From contig NMRA01000056.1 of NCBI GenBank assembly GCA_002633005.1, forward strand, positions 71,165 to 135,164: a stretch of DNA of 64,000 nucleotides. The letters run 5' to 3'. The stretch comes from Phoronis australis (lineage: Eukaryota; Animalia; Phoronida). The stretch's first letter is position 1, and every line of letters starts with the position of its first letter. This document shows, one piece after another, positions 49,343-62,584 of the stretch. The position numbers and the translations under genes were made by a program. Below the pieces are notes generated by a model. The model was given only the letters and a program-made list of their open reading frames with translations, made no database searches and was not told the origin of the DNA.

Positions 49343-52300
49343 TAGGTGGCGCTGCTGTCAAATCTCATTTGAAACAATTGACATACTGAGACACTGACTG
49401 GAGTGAAATGGAAAGTGATAGCACTGATGACTCGAGACTGAAGCCACGAACTAAGGTTACAACACTTTCAATTGAGTGCAGGAGTGAGCGGTAGTGATTC
49501 TATAATAGCTATAGAAAGAGTTACATCCGGTGGTATAATAATGGTGTCAACGCAGCTATTTTGTGCAACTGGTTATTTTATGTACCATGCATGATCTCTG
49601 AAATGCTCAGACATCATTTTTAATATGATTAAGGAACAAAGACTGATTTTGTAATAGTAAGTGGTTAAAATGAAATGTATTTTTTTGGCAGATTGTGGGC
49701 TCATGAATGACAACTTTAAGAATCCATTTTTTTAAAACTGAAGGATGGTCTTCTTAAGGAGACAACTTTCACATTAACCTGATATGGATGGATTTGCAAC
49801 GAAACTTTAATGGCAATGGCACTAGTACCAGAGTCAATTTCCGATGGAATTGTCTATAGCTCCCCCAAGTGTCCTTTTGTGTCATTGTGTCTGTGGAACC
49901 TCAAGACTGTTCTTTATTGAAAGAAATAGACTAAACGTGCTAATTTTTTATGTCTTAACAAGTGCTGTGTCCCATTGTGGAATGTTTTATTTCTTTGTTG
50001 AAAACATTGAAAGCTGTTTATTTTTTACACTTTCTGGTTTGATATTAGTTTTAAAAGGTGAAGTACCAATACTTTTCCTCTATTCTGACTATTGCTGCTC
50101 CTTGTGGCCCAATTGTTATCTCCTTCTCGTTGTACCACACTGATAACGTAGTGTGGGCAGTCAACGCTTTGTATTGCTCTTGCTTAAAAAGCTGTTAATT
50201 ACCATACGTGGGCAATGTCTGTGCAATTCAGTTCATGGAAATTAAATAACACATTGTGAACGAGTCATTACTCACTATACTTTATTTTGAAAATTTAACA
50301 GGAAATAAAATTTTCCTTTCTGGCGTAGTTAGGGTGTCTTGCTCCATTCTTACTCTTTTTCCAATCTCTAATAATAACTTAAAGTGGCTACTATATAACC
50401 TCGTTCTATCAAAATGGTATTCTCTTTAGTTTTGTTTACTGCAGCGTATTAAAATTGCATCCAAGATGGCACACCCACAATCTCAACATGTGTTTCTTAC
50501 ATAGCGATGCAGAATCGCATCCTCGGGAGAACAATGATTGAACCTCCTATGATGGTCCTTAACTTCGTCATTTGCTACATATGTTTTTTAATTGCAAAAT
50601 CTAGTGATAATTACCATGGAAACATTTACCCAGTCTTAAGTGAACTGTTTAAATGTTGCTTGCTTTCTGATTTTATCTCTGGCATAAAATGGATAAAACC
50701 AGATCAACCCATCATTCCAGATATATATTCAAAACCATTACAGAACATATTGTGTTTAAAAGCTTTCTAAAGGTCACAAATTCTCTATGAGTTCCTTTTG
50801 GAAAATTGTTGTATTTTACGTTTTTGGATTGCCTTCACTTGCCTGAAAAAGGATCAAAGTGGCAATATAAACACATTGGCCATCAGGAAAACCATGCAGC
50901 TTTAGAGATTACAGTGGTCCACTTTTCTGATCAAATGGAATTGTTCCTTATTCAAGGTACATCAGTGTTTTGAAAGAACTGACAATTCATCATTGCTTAA
51001 GATGAGACTCTACAGGTTGGCTTGTCAGCCGGGATTTCATTTATGCACTGACATGGTCTCTAGGAATAATGCACTGTCTGTTGCTTGCTAACCCACGGTG
51101 AAACCAATTTTATAGCGGAAAATTTTTAGCTTTGTTCTTGGATGGAACGTAGGCTTTTAGCTGCTTTAAATATTTTGATTTTGTAGACGTGAAAAATTGA
51201 TAAACTGATGTACCATGATGTTTCTGAAAGAAAGTCACTGCAGTCCAAAGACCATCTGTAACAGTATTGGTGAGGGTGGTATTTGTTTTAATTAAGGTTT
51301 TCCAAAACTGTACTTCCTCTACACATTCCAAACTACCAGTGACTGTCAAAACCATAATGCTCTATCTCATGTTTTCTGGTGGATTCTCTTCGTTTTGATA
51401 AAGTCCTCTAGTTAGTGGTTCTAATTACACATGATAAAATCAAGGACAGATTGGAGATCACTGATTTATTTAATCGGAAGGTTCTCCACCGCTAACCTGT
51501 TTATTCTAGTTTGAAGTTGGCAATTTCTACTTGATTAGCGGTCCACATGTTTTTAACTTTGACTTTGCCAAGATTGTTTCATTTTAATCTCTGCTTTACC
51601 TAACTTACCGTTGCACTTGAAAATCAATACTCAGGTATCTGGCCACATGTATTTCACTGACATACACAGCTCACAAACAAAAAAAAACAATTTCCTCACT
51701 GTTGTTTTTCCACCACCAGATGTCTCTACCTTACACAGGCCATCAGATCAGTTTACATCAGGCCTTAGTTATGCCTGCTGTTGAAAGTTTTCATGACGTA
51801 TGTGTAAATTCAGCTCGGTTTCACCTGGATAACGACTTTTTGCACATGACATTTCAATTAAACCTCAGTATAAGTAACATTCATTCAGGAGCTCAAACAA
51901 TTTGTAAGAGCACCGTTTGATCAACTGATACCTGCCATGTTTTAAGTTATGCGGATCATTTTCTTCGATTACTGTGTTGTACTTTTCTAATAGTTAAAAT
52001 TTGGTTACTCTTCATAGCTATTGGCGGTTGTGTTGGTTAGTAGAGGATGTATTCATTGTGTAAAGTAATGCTACAGGGTTGTCACCTGGTCTCTTGTTTG
52101 ATTGATTGAAGTCATTACTTGTTAAGGTTTTAATTATAAGTTGATAGTTTTTAATTTACTCTCAAGAGTTGCTGACTGTTAACAAATCCTGTCAAATTCT
52201 TTTGAGACATGTAGTAAAACTAGAATTACATTTTTATGAAAACATCAACATCTTTGCAAAATGTTGAAGTTATTGTGTTCAAACATCGTTATATTGCTTC

Positions 52301-52998
52301 TTATTCCCCGCAGTATGTTGATATTCATCAAAACAATTTACTACTAGACCCTCTGTCCATAAAAATGACGTAATTTTCATTAATTAACAATTAATCTTTT
52401 ACTCAAATAACATTGGTGATTTCTGGGCTTGGTAATACCTCTGTAATACCTGTCACGGACAGGATCATTGGGGATATGCTGGTGCATTAATCCCCGCCCC
52501 AGACCATCCCCGTGACAGCAGAAGGCGCAGAACTCCCGGGCTGACGTTGCCTGTAAGCATTTGATTAGACAGCACTCAGGCACGGCCCTGGGCTTGGATA
52601 CATTTGACATTTCATTGATATGTAATTTGGGGACTGAAGCTCAATACCATGGCTGGGCAGGTTTTGTTATACAATGAAATCAGCTAAAGTATGACCAAAT
52701 ACTAGATGGACACATGTAAACTTTAACTTTTTTCTACTCATATTTTGATACCTGACACCAGAGGCATCGCTCAACAAAAGCAACTTTTTATAACATGCAG
52801 AAACGTGAGGTCATTCTTGCAACTTTGTGAGTGCACCAACCTGATATCATTGTTTCAACTTTGCTATGACTTAATAACATAATGACATTGTTGCAACTGT
52901 GCAACATGCAAGAACATGATGTCATTCCTGCAGGTAGATACAGTGTGGCACAATGGTTTGAGCTCATAGGCTCTGTTTATCAAGGTTTGTAACTAAGA

Positions 52999-53149
52999 CA
53001 TGGTTGGTGCACCATAGGGGTTCAGGGGGGTTATAGCCCCTCCAGTTTTTTCAGTGCTGCGCTGCCCATGGTCTATGCGCGGTGCACCACAGTGGGGCTG
53101 GGGGGAGGGGGGTATAGCCCCCACTTTTTTCAATGCTGTGCTGCCCATG
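52999..53149. repeat. Two tandem ~75-bp hAT-terminus-like units
   Basis: GGTGCACCAYAG..GGGG..TATAGCCCC..TTTTTTCARTGCTGYGCTGCCCATG at 53006 and 53081. Confidence 0.7.
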
Positions 53150-54096
53150 TAAAACGGTCGTTTCTTCAATTATTGTTAATATTATGGCTTTGTTTGCCAT
53201 CTGTTGCACCAGAACCTGAATAATGCAAAAGCAATTTCCAGGGATACCTATGCTAAAAATTGTTGATATGCAACTAGCTATTGGAAAATTATGACAAATG
53301 GAATGTTTCCATTATCTGCAGCAAGGCAACATGTCTTTAAAAATGAAAAATTATGATTTTGGCAATTTTTATTATTTTTGAAATAAGCAAAGAAAATGTC
53401 ATGTACATGAGACCATAAAACACTAGTTCCCTGCCCTGGACCCCACTGGTGTACTTTTAGAACTACTACTCGACAGTTGGCAAATTGGATGGCAAGTTTC
53501 AAATGAAATCATTATTTTGTTCTCTACATATGGTGTGATTGGTTAGTTTCAAGTATCAGTCTCCAGGTCGAGTCAACTGGTTTAATGTACAGTTTTGGAA
53601 ATAAATATCTCTGAAATCAAGTGACATTTAGAGTTTTTGTCTCGTTTCTTTAGATTACAAATTTTTGATAATTAATTCATTCAGTTCATCACTTTGGACT
53701 GACCATTGTTTCCATGGCAACCTTGATTAGCCACTGATGCAGACAAATAAATTTTCTTGCTGATCAGATTTCCAATTACTGTTCTTGTGATTAATTTACT
53801 GTTGGTTTGTCCACAAGGCTTTTGTTTGAAGGATGTTCTAGTTTATGAAGCTTGTCATTGATGTGACAGTGGATTAGAACCAGATGCAGTGGTTTCTTTG
53901 ATAATCCAGGACCCGCTTTTTAGTTCATGTTTCTGTGTGAAACCCTTTGATTTGGTTCTTTAATTAATACATCAAGGTCCTAATAACACCTGAAAACAAC
54001 AAATACCTTATGGAGTCCATTGTTTGCTTCTCTTCTGAATGCTTGATTTATTCCAGTGTGAAGTACACCATTTTGACATGCTCAGTGAGACTTTAA

Positions 54097-54622
54097 TGGT
54101 GCTTTCCCATTAGGGGAACTTTGGTTTACCGAAGCTTCACCGAAACTTTGCTTATTCCTTCCGGCTAGACAGCGATATTGAAGTTAACGATAAGACACCA
54201 GACGACGCAGGTCATTCATACTCTTAAAGGAGTTTTGAGTAGTGTGTTCGAGGCTAACTGAAAATTGTTCACCGGCCATTTGCGAATGTTTATGAAAATG
54301 ATCAGTGACTTTGACATTCTCCATCAAATATGCTTTCTATTATTTATTTATGTGCACCTATGAAAAGCACTTCGTCTACAGTACAATAACAAAGAACAAG
54401 TTTTGTGAGTCTCACGTAATCGTATTATCGTTGCCGCGACCTCAGTGCCTCGCTCTGATCATTCCCACTACACCTAAGTTTCGGTGAGTAATGAAGCATC
54501 TCTTTTAATTCCTACTGTTTTCAGCGAAGTTTCGCTTGCAGATTAACTACCGGAGTTAACCTTTCCAACTAGTACCGAAACTTCGATAAAAGCGAAGTTT
54601 CGCCTCGAATGGGTAAGCACCT
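54097..54622. mobile_element. TTAA-flanked non-autonomous TIR element (Kolobok- or Harbinger-like)
   Basis: TTAA|TGGTGCTTTCCCATT...AATGGGTAAGCACCT|TTAA, with subterminal CGAAACTT/CGAAGTTTCG repeats. Confidence 0.65.
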
Positions 54623-54941
54623 TTAAGGGTACTGTAATAGCTCACCAATTTAGAACACCAAATGGCAGACAAGTGTAATCTTGTTTTCTCGTTTTTTCCA
54701 AAAGCGACATATAACACCATGTTAACAGTTTTCCCTTTAATTCAAGGTCTGATACCTTAGTTATCAGTAGACAATATTTTGAAAAACTGGGCACATTCAC
54801 ATAAGTGTTTAAGGAGTCCTTGAAAAATGAAAAAGAGCAATTTGGCAATTATTTTTGTCCAAAATGGTTTTGTGACATTGACTGATTTATAAAACATTTG
54901 AATATTATTTTGACTTCATAGAATAGATGATGTTGGTTTTT

Positions 54942-55398
54942 AGTGTCACATAAGTGTGCCTTTCACTAGATATCGATAATGCCATGTTGTTGGGTTACTT
55001 TGTGAACTAAGTTTTTTAGCAATGAATAAACTAAAATGAGAAGTTTCTTCTGTAACAAAGTCAATTTTGTCAGTTTACCACAAATTAGGATGCATAATAT
55101 CTATTTTTGTTTTCATGCCCGTTCTCATGTTTAAGTACGACATGATTGTGAAACTTGATGTCGCGTGCTATTATTTAACGCTTTAGTATCAAAAGCTCGT
55201 CGTACTTAAACATGAGAACGGGCATGAAAACAAAAATAGATATTATGCATCCTAATTTGTGGTAAACTGACAAAATTGACTTTGTTACAGAAGAAACTTC
55301 TCATTTTAGTTTATTCATTGCTAAAAAACTTAGTTCACAAAGTAACCCAACAACATGGCATTATCGATATCTAGTGAAAGGCACACTTATGTGACACT
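54942..55398. repeat. Perfect 200-bp inverted repeat with a 57-bp spacer
   Basis: 54942-55141 is the reverse complement of 55199-55398 with no mismatch found by eye. Confidence 0.95.
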
Positions 55399-58300
55399 GT
55401 TGGTGAACCCGCAATTATTTTCTTATTTCGTAGCAAACACATGTGGTATCAAATACGACATGAAAGAAGAAACTTAATGCTGCAAGATTTTTTGTAAAAG
55501 CCAAAATGCTAAAATTTGAAGAGCTCAAAATCCAAAAAAGATGTCAAACAAGTCACTGCAAGACCCTTGAGTCAGATTTCTAGCCCTCAGCTCGCTTTTA
55601 ACTATATATTAATAAAGCATAAAAATAGTTCTAGGTGATTAGTGCAATGGGACCACATGTGCGGCCTGCAATTATTTAAAAAAAACGGTTAACTAAGAAA
55701 AATTTAAAACTGTTAAGACGTCAAAACATGGGCAGTGGAATTATTCTGTTTTCAAAAAGATTTCAATTGTTAATTTAATTACAAGTGACTGTTCAGTAAC
55801 CCAGGTAAATTTCATATTTGTGCCAGAGGTGCCTCAAAATAATTTAGGTGGGTATAACGGCAAAATATAGTCGTGACCCCCTAGATGTATTAATGGATTT
55901 GTAAGGCAAAGATCGAAATTACAAAATACGAAAATTTAAAAACAATTCAACAATATATTAAAACTATGCCGAACCCCTTAATTAACCTTATTAATAGATT
56001 CACTTGCGTACAAAGATGCGACCATTTCCATTTCTGCATGACAAATGGTGTGTCATTGATGTCTATTAATGTCAGTAGTTAATGTCTCAGGCGCCCAGAT
56101 TTACAAATATCAGTAGTCAGGCATGGATTGTAAAGGATGTAATGTGTACCCGGTAAGGCAATCTTACTCAGTGTGTGAACAACAGCCAGTGCTATTTGCA
56201 GTTCCTGATAAAGCAGTTATAAATCGTTTATAATTGGCTCGTTGTATGACTTGTAGTTAGTTTTTTTAAGCATCACGATCGAGTTTATAGATACGCGCTC
56301 AATTGTACGATTTGTTGGCTATATGGCGTGACGGGGAAATAATTTGCGCTGTAAGAACTAGGTAAGCAAGAACTTTGCGTCTTGATGTGACTAAATGACT
56401 ATATAGTGGGTGATGTATGCTAAGAGTTAAGTTTATTATGGTATTACAACTTTTTGCGTGCTCTTATGTCTATGTGTGGGTGCATATTGCTGTCATCTGT
56501 GTGTATGTGAACGTCCGTTGTCAGGCGGGCGCACACTTATCTTCTAAACCCCTTACATGGTTTTCGTGAAAATTGACTGATGTGTTCCTCAATGGAGCTG
56601 ACAATAGGTGGTGGCAACTTTTGGATGGGTCACGCTGCTGGTGTGCCCTCTTGTGGCAATTGGCATTTATTTCAGGATGAGTCTGACTAAAGCACTTAAA
56701 AAACATTCAGTTCCTTTGAAGCCATGAATTCACCAACAATTCTGGCTAAGGAACAACTTCAGACCAGTTTCTTGACTCCGAGTGGTCGAAATCAAAAAAT
56801 ATGTTTTTGCGAGATGGAAGGCAGGTTTGTAGTTGCGTTGAAGTACAATAGACCTCAGTTTGGCCTTAAAGGTTAGTTATCTTTGTCTTTGTTTCTTGTT
56901 GGTTGTTTAACATCCATTAGGAACAGCACCCATGCAAAGATTGTTAACTATGCAGTCACAGGCTGGGTGCATCATCATTGTGTTAGTATTCCAAATGTGT
57001 GTAGTCATTGTTGCAGACGAGAATGAGAGTGATCATTTGTTTTATTATTTCTGAAATTGTTCACATCACGCAATTTGTAATGGCGAGCACAAAAAACTTG
57101 TCATGACCAGAGCTTATCGCATTTAATAATTAAGAAATTTACTCGACAGACTGTTGATTTGAATCAATTTGAAACTTGATTACTGTTCTCCATGGAAACA
57201 AAATTCCTCATTACTTTGTAGTGACTCAATAAGACTTGCTTTTAATTTTGTCTAAAGAATGTTTTAGCCTCTCGGAGGGCAGATAGACATTTGATAGTGA
57301 GTGATGGGCATTTAATAAAAAAGCGTGTCACTGCTCGCCTAGAAGCAAGTTGCATGTCGTCTAAAATTGTTTCATTTTGTGACGACACTCGCCTCGACGG
57401 CACACTTCTATTGAGAGTGTATGAAGTAGTGCGCAACAATGCTGGGTAGTTTAGTCGCAAGGGAAGCACTTCCAAGCATTTTTAAGGTCAGTATTGTCAA
57501 TTAGATAATCCAGTCTATGTCTATCAGCATAGTCAATACACCTTATCTGGCCATACAAGTAAATAGCATGGTGATGTTTCTCACATACTGCTATATGTTC
57601 TATTGTTCAAGGCTCACTGGCTACAAGTCAACTATAGCAAACTAATGGCATTTCAGATCAAATCAGCTCTTGCTTACTGAATCGAGTCACATTATTAGAT
57701 AAATGAGAAAAATGTGCATTAGAAAAACAAGATCTGTTGATTTGTTTTTATTGATTATTCTAAAATGTGCTAAATTTCAAAAAGTGACAAAATAAAAGCC
57801 TTATCATAAATCGACAAATTTTGGATAAAATATTTGTTTTTGGCTGATTTTTCATTGATTCATTGCTAGCTTGCCTTTGTTTCTTTCTCATTTTTTGCAT
57901 AATCTCTGCATGACTTGAGACAACTTTGACATAATTTTGTAAATTTAGTTTCTTCTACTTCTCTATGTGAACTGTACCGTTGTCGGAATTACACTTTCTC
58001 TTATTTTTTCATATTGCTGTTAGTCAGGTGCAAGCAAATGATTTTTCAGTGGTTAAAAGGCAGTGTTTCAGGTTTGATATGAATCCAAAGCATTTGATTA
58101 AGCCTTGAAATCGACACCAATTGTCGTGTGAACCTAAAACTTTTCTATTAGTTGGCTGGTCCATCCAATGACTAATTTGTAATTTTCCACATTGTGAGTG
58201 TGCAGAAATTAATAGCAAATATCATCAATTCAGATCATACATGATAAACGCCAGATTCCCAACGATATGTACCTCTGACATTCCCAGAAGCGACGGCACT

Positions 58301-59118
58301 CTTGTGCAAGGCACAGCTCAGCTTCCATTTTATGAACCAACACATGGAGGTTCTCTTCTTTACGTTAGCGCGGTGCTGTTGCATATTCAAAATCCTTACC
58401 TGAATGCATACCAGAGATAATACCCAGTGAGAAAAGTTGTAATACCATATTATATCAAGATTATTGTGTCAGTGTCGTCCTATCAACGTTGAATCCCCCC
58501 TCACACTAAGCTGGTCAAGCCAGAGTACCTGCTGGAGACCATACCAAGGAGCAGAATGACCCAGGTGAGAAGATACTTAAGAGCAGAATGCCCACCCACG
58601 TTTGCAGCGTATGGGCCCCGAAGTTTCATGAAGTGGGCTTCAGGTGTAGCTATCATGTTAATTAAAGCTTTGTCCACAATTATATCTACCTGTTTAATTG
58701 GACCTGCTGTGCATTGCATCAAGTACTACTAATTGGGGACCTTTGTAATGGTTTCAGCTTCACCGTGTCTTCCCTTGAAGTTGTCCAGAGCGGTTGAAGC
58801 TATCTGGAGTACTTGCCTGCACTCAGATTGTTAGGGTCATTGACAAACCTATCATTAGATTACCTAACTGGTGTCTAACATCGACAGGAAGCACTGTAGC
58901 TGTGCGATTAATGTAATAACGTTCATCCTCTGCAGGAGGTCAGAGTTGTCAGTGTATACGCGAAGCAGCAAACGTGTCGGCGGTACTGCTTCTGAGAAGA
59001 ACACGTAGATGTCGACATTATTAAATTTTTTTATCGTGGGTTAGTCTGGGGGTGATAAGTGCGGACCGTATAGAAGAAATTTTGAAGCGACTGGACGACA
59101 GCAGTAAGGCTTGGAAAT

Positions 59119-59291
59119 ATGCCCTACTGGGTTAGAAATCGTGAGTGCTCGTTGCCAACGATATCCCAACAGTACCTGCCGGGTATCCTGTTGAAGAGAG
59201 AAAGGAGCACGGATGATGTCATTTACTCGTTGAATCCACGCAGCAAAGGGTTGAAGTTGATCCGGAAGTCGTGGCCCATTTCGGTGCGGCG
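59119..59291 (+). CDS. Candidate alternative first coding exon B (57 codons + 2 nt); product unknown
   Basis: In-frame TGA 12 codons upstream of the ATG. Open frame MPYWVRNRECSLPTISQQYLPGILLKRERSTDDVIYSLNPRSKGLKLIRKSWPISVRR runs to a consensus donor CG|GTGAGT (phase 2). GC/CpG-enriched relative to its flanks. Confidence 0.55.
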
Positions 59292-60743
59292 GTGAGTATA
59301 TGAAATATTTAGTTGGTGATAGGTGAAAGCAAGTCATTGCTAATGAAGCTTGGCTGTGCCCAGTGGAGAAGTGGAGGGACTTGTATCTGACTTAAACCTT
59401 TTGTTGCAAAATAAATCTTAATTAAATTCAAATAGTATATCGTATTGGTGTTAAGAATGGACATAAATGTACCATCAACTGGAAATCTTTCAGTGTGCAT
59501 TTTATGATATTTGACTTGATTTTGTATCATTGCAAAATACTTTGTATTTAGCCACTCTGCAATACTGCAAAAATTTGTAACTCGGTAAAATATAATATTA
59601 AAAGTAGAGAGTCTGCAAGAATGATTTTTGGCTTTAACCAATCTTATTAACTGGGTTATGTGACCAAATGATTTTTAGTGAAATTTAACAAAAATAAAAA
59701 CTACAATGATAGCAGAACAATAGTATTAGCAATATGATCAAAATTTATTTCATGTAAATATTAGTGGTGAGATCATAAAAACACTGTAGCAATTTTCTAA
59801 AATTGTGTTTTCCTTTTGTGTCATTTTTTCTTAAAAATCCTACTTGAATGTATTATTTTTTCACGGAGAAGCGGAGCATTTCAAAAACAATGCCAGTACA
59901 TATTGCATAGCTTCTGAAAGTTTCAATCCAGTCAGCTGGCATTTCTGTGATATGATGTTCCCAACTCAACCATACTTGGAATTTTTCTAGGGCTCTACGT
60001 AATTTTAACTTACTCTTTTAACTTCGACTCAGTTTCAAAGTTGACCATTAACACTGATTGACACTCCCCAAAACAGTGGCACATGGAGGTTGATATGATG
60101 GGCGCTGAAGTAATTTCAGCTTAGTGTTTTGCTGCTATGATGTCATGACTAACGTGGTAATTGATCTGTTCCACTAAAAGGAACTCAGTGCTTGTGATAC
60201 GGAGGGTTCATTGCCCGCTCTCGCCTTTCCTGTACAAATGTATTCAAAGAATAAGAGGTGGTGTGAGTGCTAAGTTTCCAATTATTTACTGTCCTTAATG
60301 GTGTAAAACAACTTAAGCTTCCAAAATGCTAACATGTCTCATGAAAAGTAATGCACAGCTATCCACCGTGTTTCACCGTTGAAGAATACGCTCCTATGAA
60401 TCTTGAAATATTTTAAACTTGATTCTTCTTGAATTTCCATGGTCAAATATTATTTGTTTCATCTGTCTTGTGTCTTTTTGTAAAGTCTTTATTGTTTGAG
60501 GGCTGTGCAGTGTTACCTACAGTGAAGAATTCATGCCGAGAAGTTCTAAGGCAGTCACTTAAACATGTCGGCAACAAATCTGTTGCAGTTAACTTTTTGC
60601 ACGATAAAAAATACCCTTCGGTCTTCCATGACTTGAATGTTAAAAAGATATGGAGCTGATCTGTGTGCTTCGTTTTGACTTGGCATCAACCTGTTTGATG
60701 TAAGAATATTGCTGCCAGCCATCCATAAACTCTAACTTCTTGA

Positions 60744-60815
60744 TATATGTGCAAATGCATATGCAAATATTATGCATATGCATATGCAAATATGCATATG
60801 CATACAGTATGCATA
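60744..60815. repeat. Self-complementary (ATGCAT/ATGCAA)n simple repeat
   Basis: ATGCATATGCAAATATTATGCATATGCATATGCAAATATGCATATGCAT. Confidence 0.85.
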
Positions 60816-62584
60816 TTATGTATATGTAAGTGCTGTATAATCTCACCAATCTCCAGACGTAATTGTTTTTGGAAATTGGCATTCTCCATTTCCAAGGAGT
60901 TGTAATAATATTGTAAATGCCTACAATTTCCCAAAACGTTATCCATGGTTGGTGTTATAGAAATTCAGACTGATAAGCACTTATTTGGTGTTATGCCTAT
61001 CTTTCATAAAAAATTCATGTCCGCCTTATTGTTCTGATTGGAGAGACTTTTTCCTAGTTGTTTTATAAGATGTTGTAAGCTTGCTATTGGTCTTTGAAAA
61101 TTCTTCTGTAAAATCTATTAGGGATGAAGGTTAGAGTTTGATTTGTAGAATATGTCAAAAAGTAGAACTTGTGTTTTTGTGTGCATACCTACAATTGAGT
61201 TTGGGTCCCTAGGTACACGCGTGCTTGCAACTTGCTCCGTTGATGGCTATTACTGTGAAATCTCACTAATTTAGGATTCACCATGACAACAAAGGAAATT
61301 CAGCTTCCTCACTTTTTTTGTCACAAATATTTTGAATGTGATAACTATCAAAGGAAACGAACTCCAAGTTCTTAGCAAGTCCAAAATGACTTAGCCTAAA
61401 CACCAAGTTGACAGACCAGTTTTGTTATAGTTAGTGGCTAAAATGAAATGTTGGGTTTGGATGAGATGTCACTGGTAGATAGAAGCTCTAATCCATGATG
61501 TGTCTTCGTACCATCAGTTACTTGGTTGATTTCCATACTAAGATATCTAAATGTACTTTCCCGGTCATTGACATCTTTCTAATATTGTTTTTCTTACAGC
61601 AAACCATTGCATACAGATAGACGTACAGTTCTTGCTGAACATTAAAAGTTTCACAGCTTTGATTTTACAAGCAGCTATACATCATTGGGTGTAAGAAAAC
61701 TTGTCACGAACATGCCATGTTTTCAGCCTATCTCGGTTGTCATGCCAACCTTTTCAATGTTTCTAGTATTTGCAGATATGACAAGAATCAATTTACTGTT
61801 TCAGCTTGGAGTAACTTGTCACATAAAACATGCTGATGTGATTGTCAATGTTGTTTCGGAAAGTAGGCAAGTGTGCACATTGAAGGCTGCGACTGAAGGA
61901 CTTTCACATGGGTGCTCCTTTGTGGTGATTGGAATTTTGGCTAGTTTTGCAGACTAAATCAGAGCAATCTTTGTACTTTTTTCAAAGGGTCATGCCATTT
62001 AAAAATTGCTTTGTTACTTGATAGGCCAGTTGCCAACATTTCTGCATTGTAGTTTTTTGAGTCCATAACTCATACAATTCATTAGCGTGGCACTTTTCAA
62101 ATTACTTAATCTGACAAACTGGCACAGTGCATGCAGGTATCTGCAAATGAAATTTGCCTTGGTGTGGTTTGAGTTGATTGGCGGTGTTTGATTTATGAGA
62201 TCCTGGTTTCTCTGCCAAGGTTGGTGGTGGAAAACTCAAAAAGTGCCTGCTTTACAAAGAGAAGGGTCATGCACAAACCAACATGTCCATTCTTGACTAC
62301 TCTGCAACCCAGTATTTGTAACGTGTGACTTGGCTGTCTTACAATTAATCACATAACCTAGATGTTTTAAAAAAACTTGATTTTGTAAACGGATGTCATT
62401 TTTGATCATTTGTTTTTTTGAATTTAAGGGGAGATGATGCACAATTATAGCTCACACCATGGAGCATACTGAGACAACAGATTTGCAACTACGAGATAGT
62501 TCTCATGGAATTCCCAGAGCAGGTGTTACTCTTGCAGTGCACAACTCAGCTTCAGGTTAGGAGCAGATGACGCACTTGCCAGAA

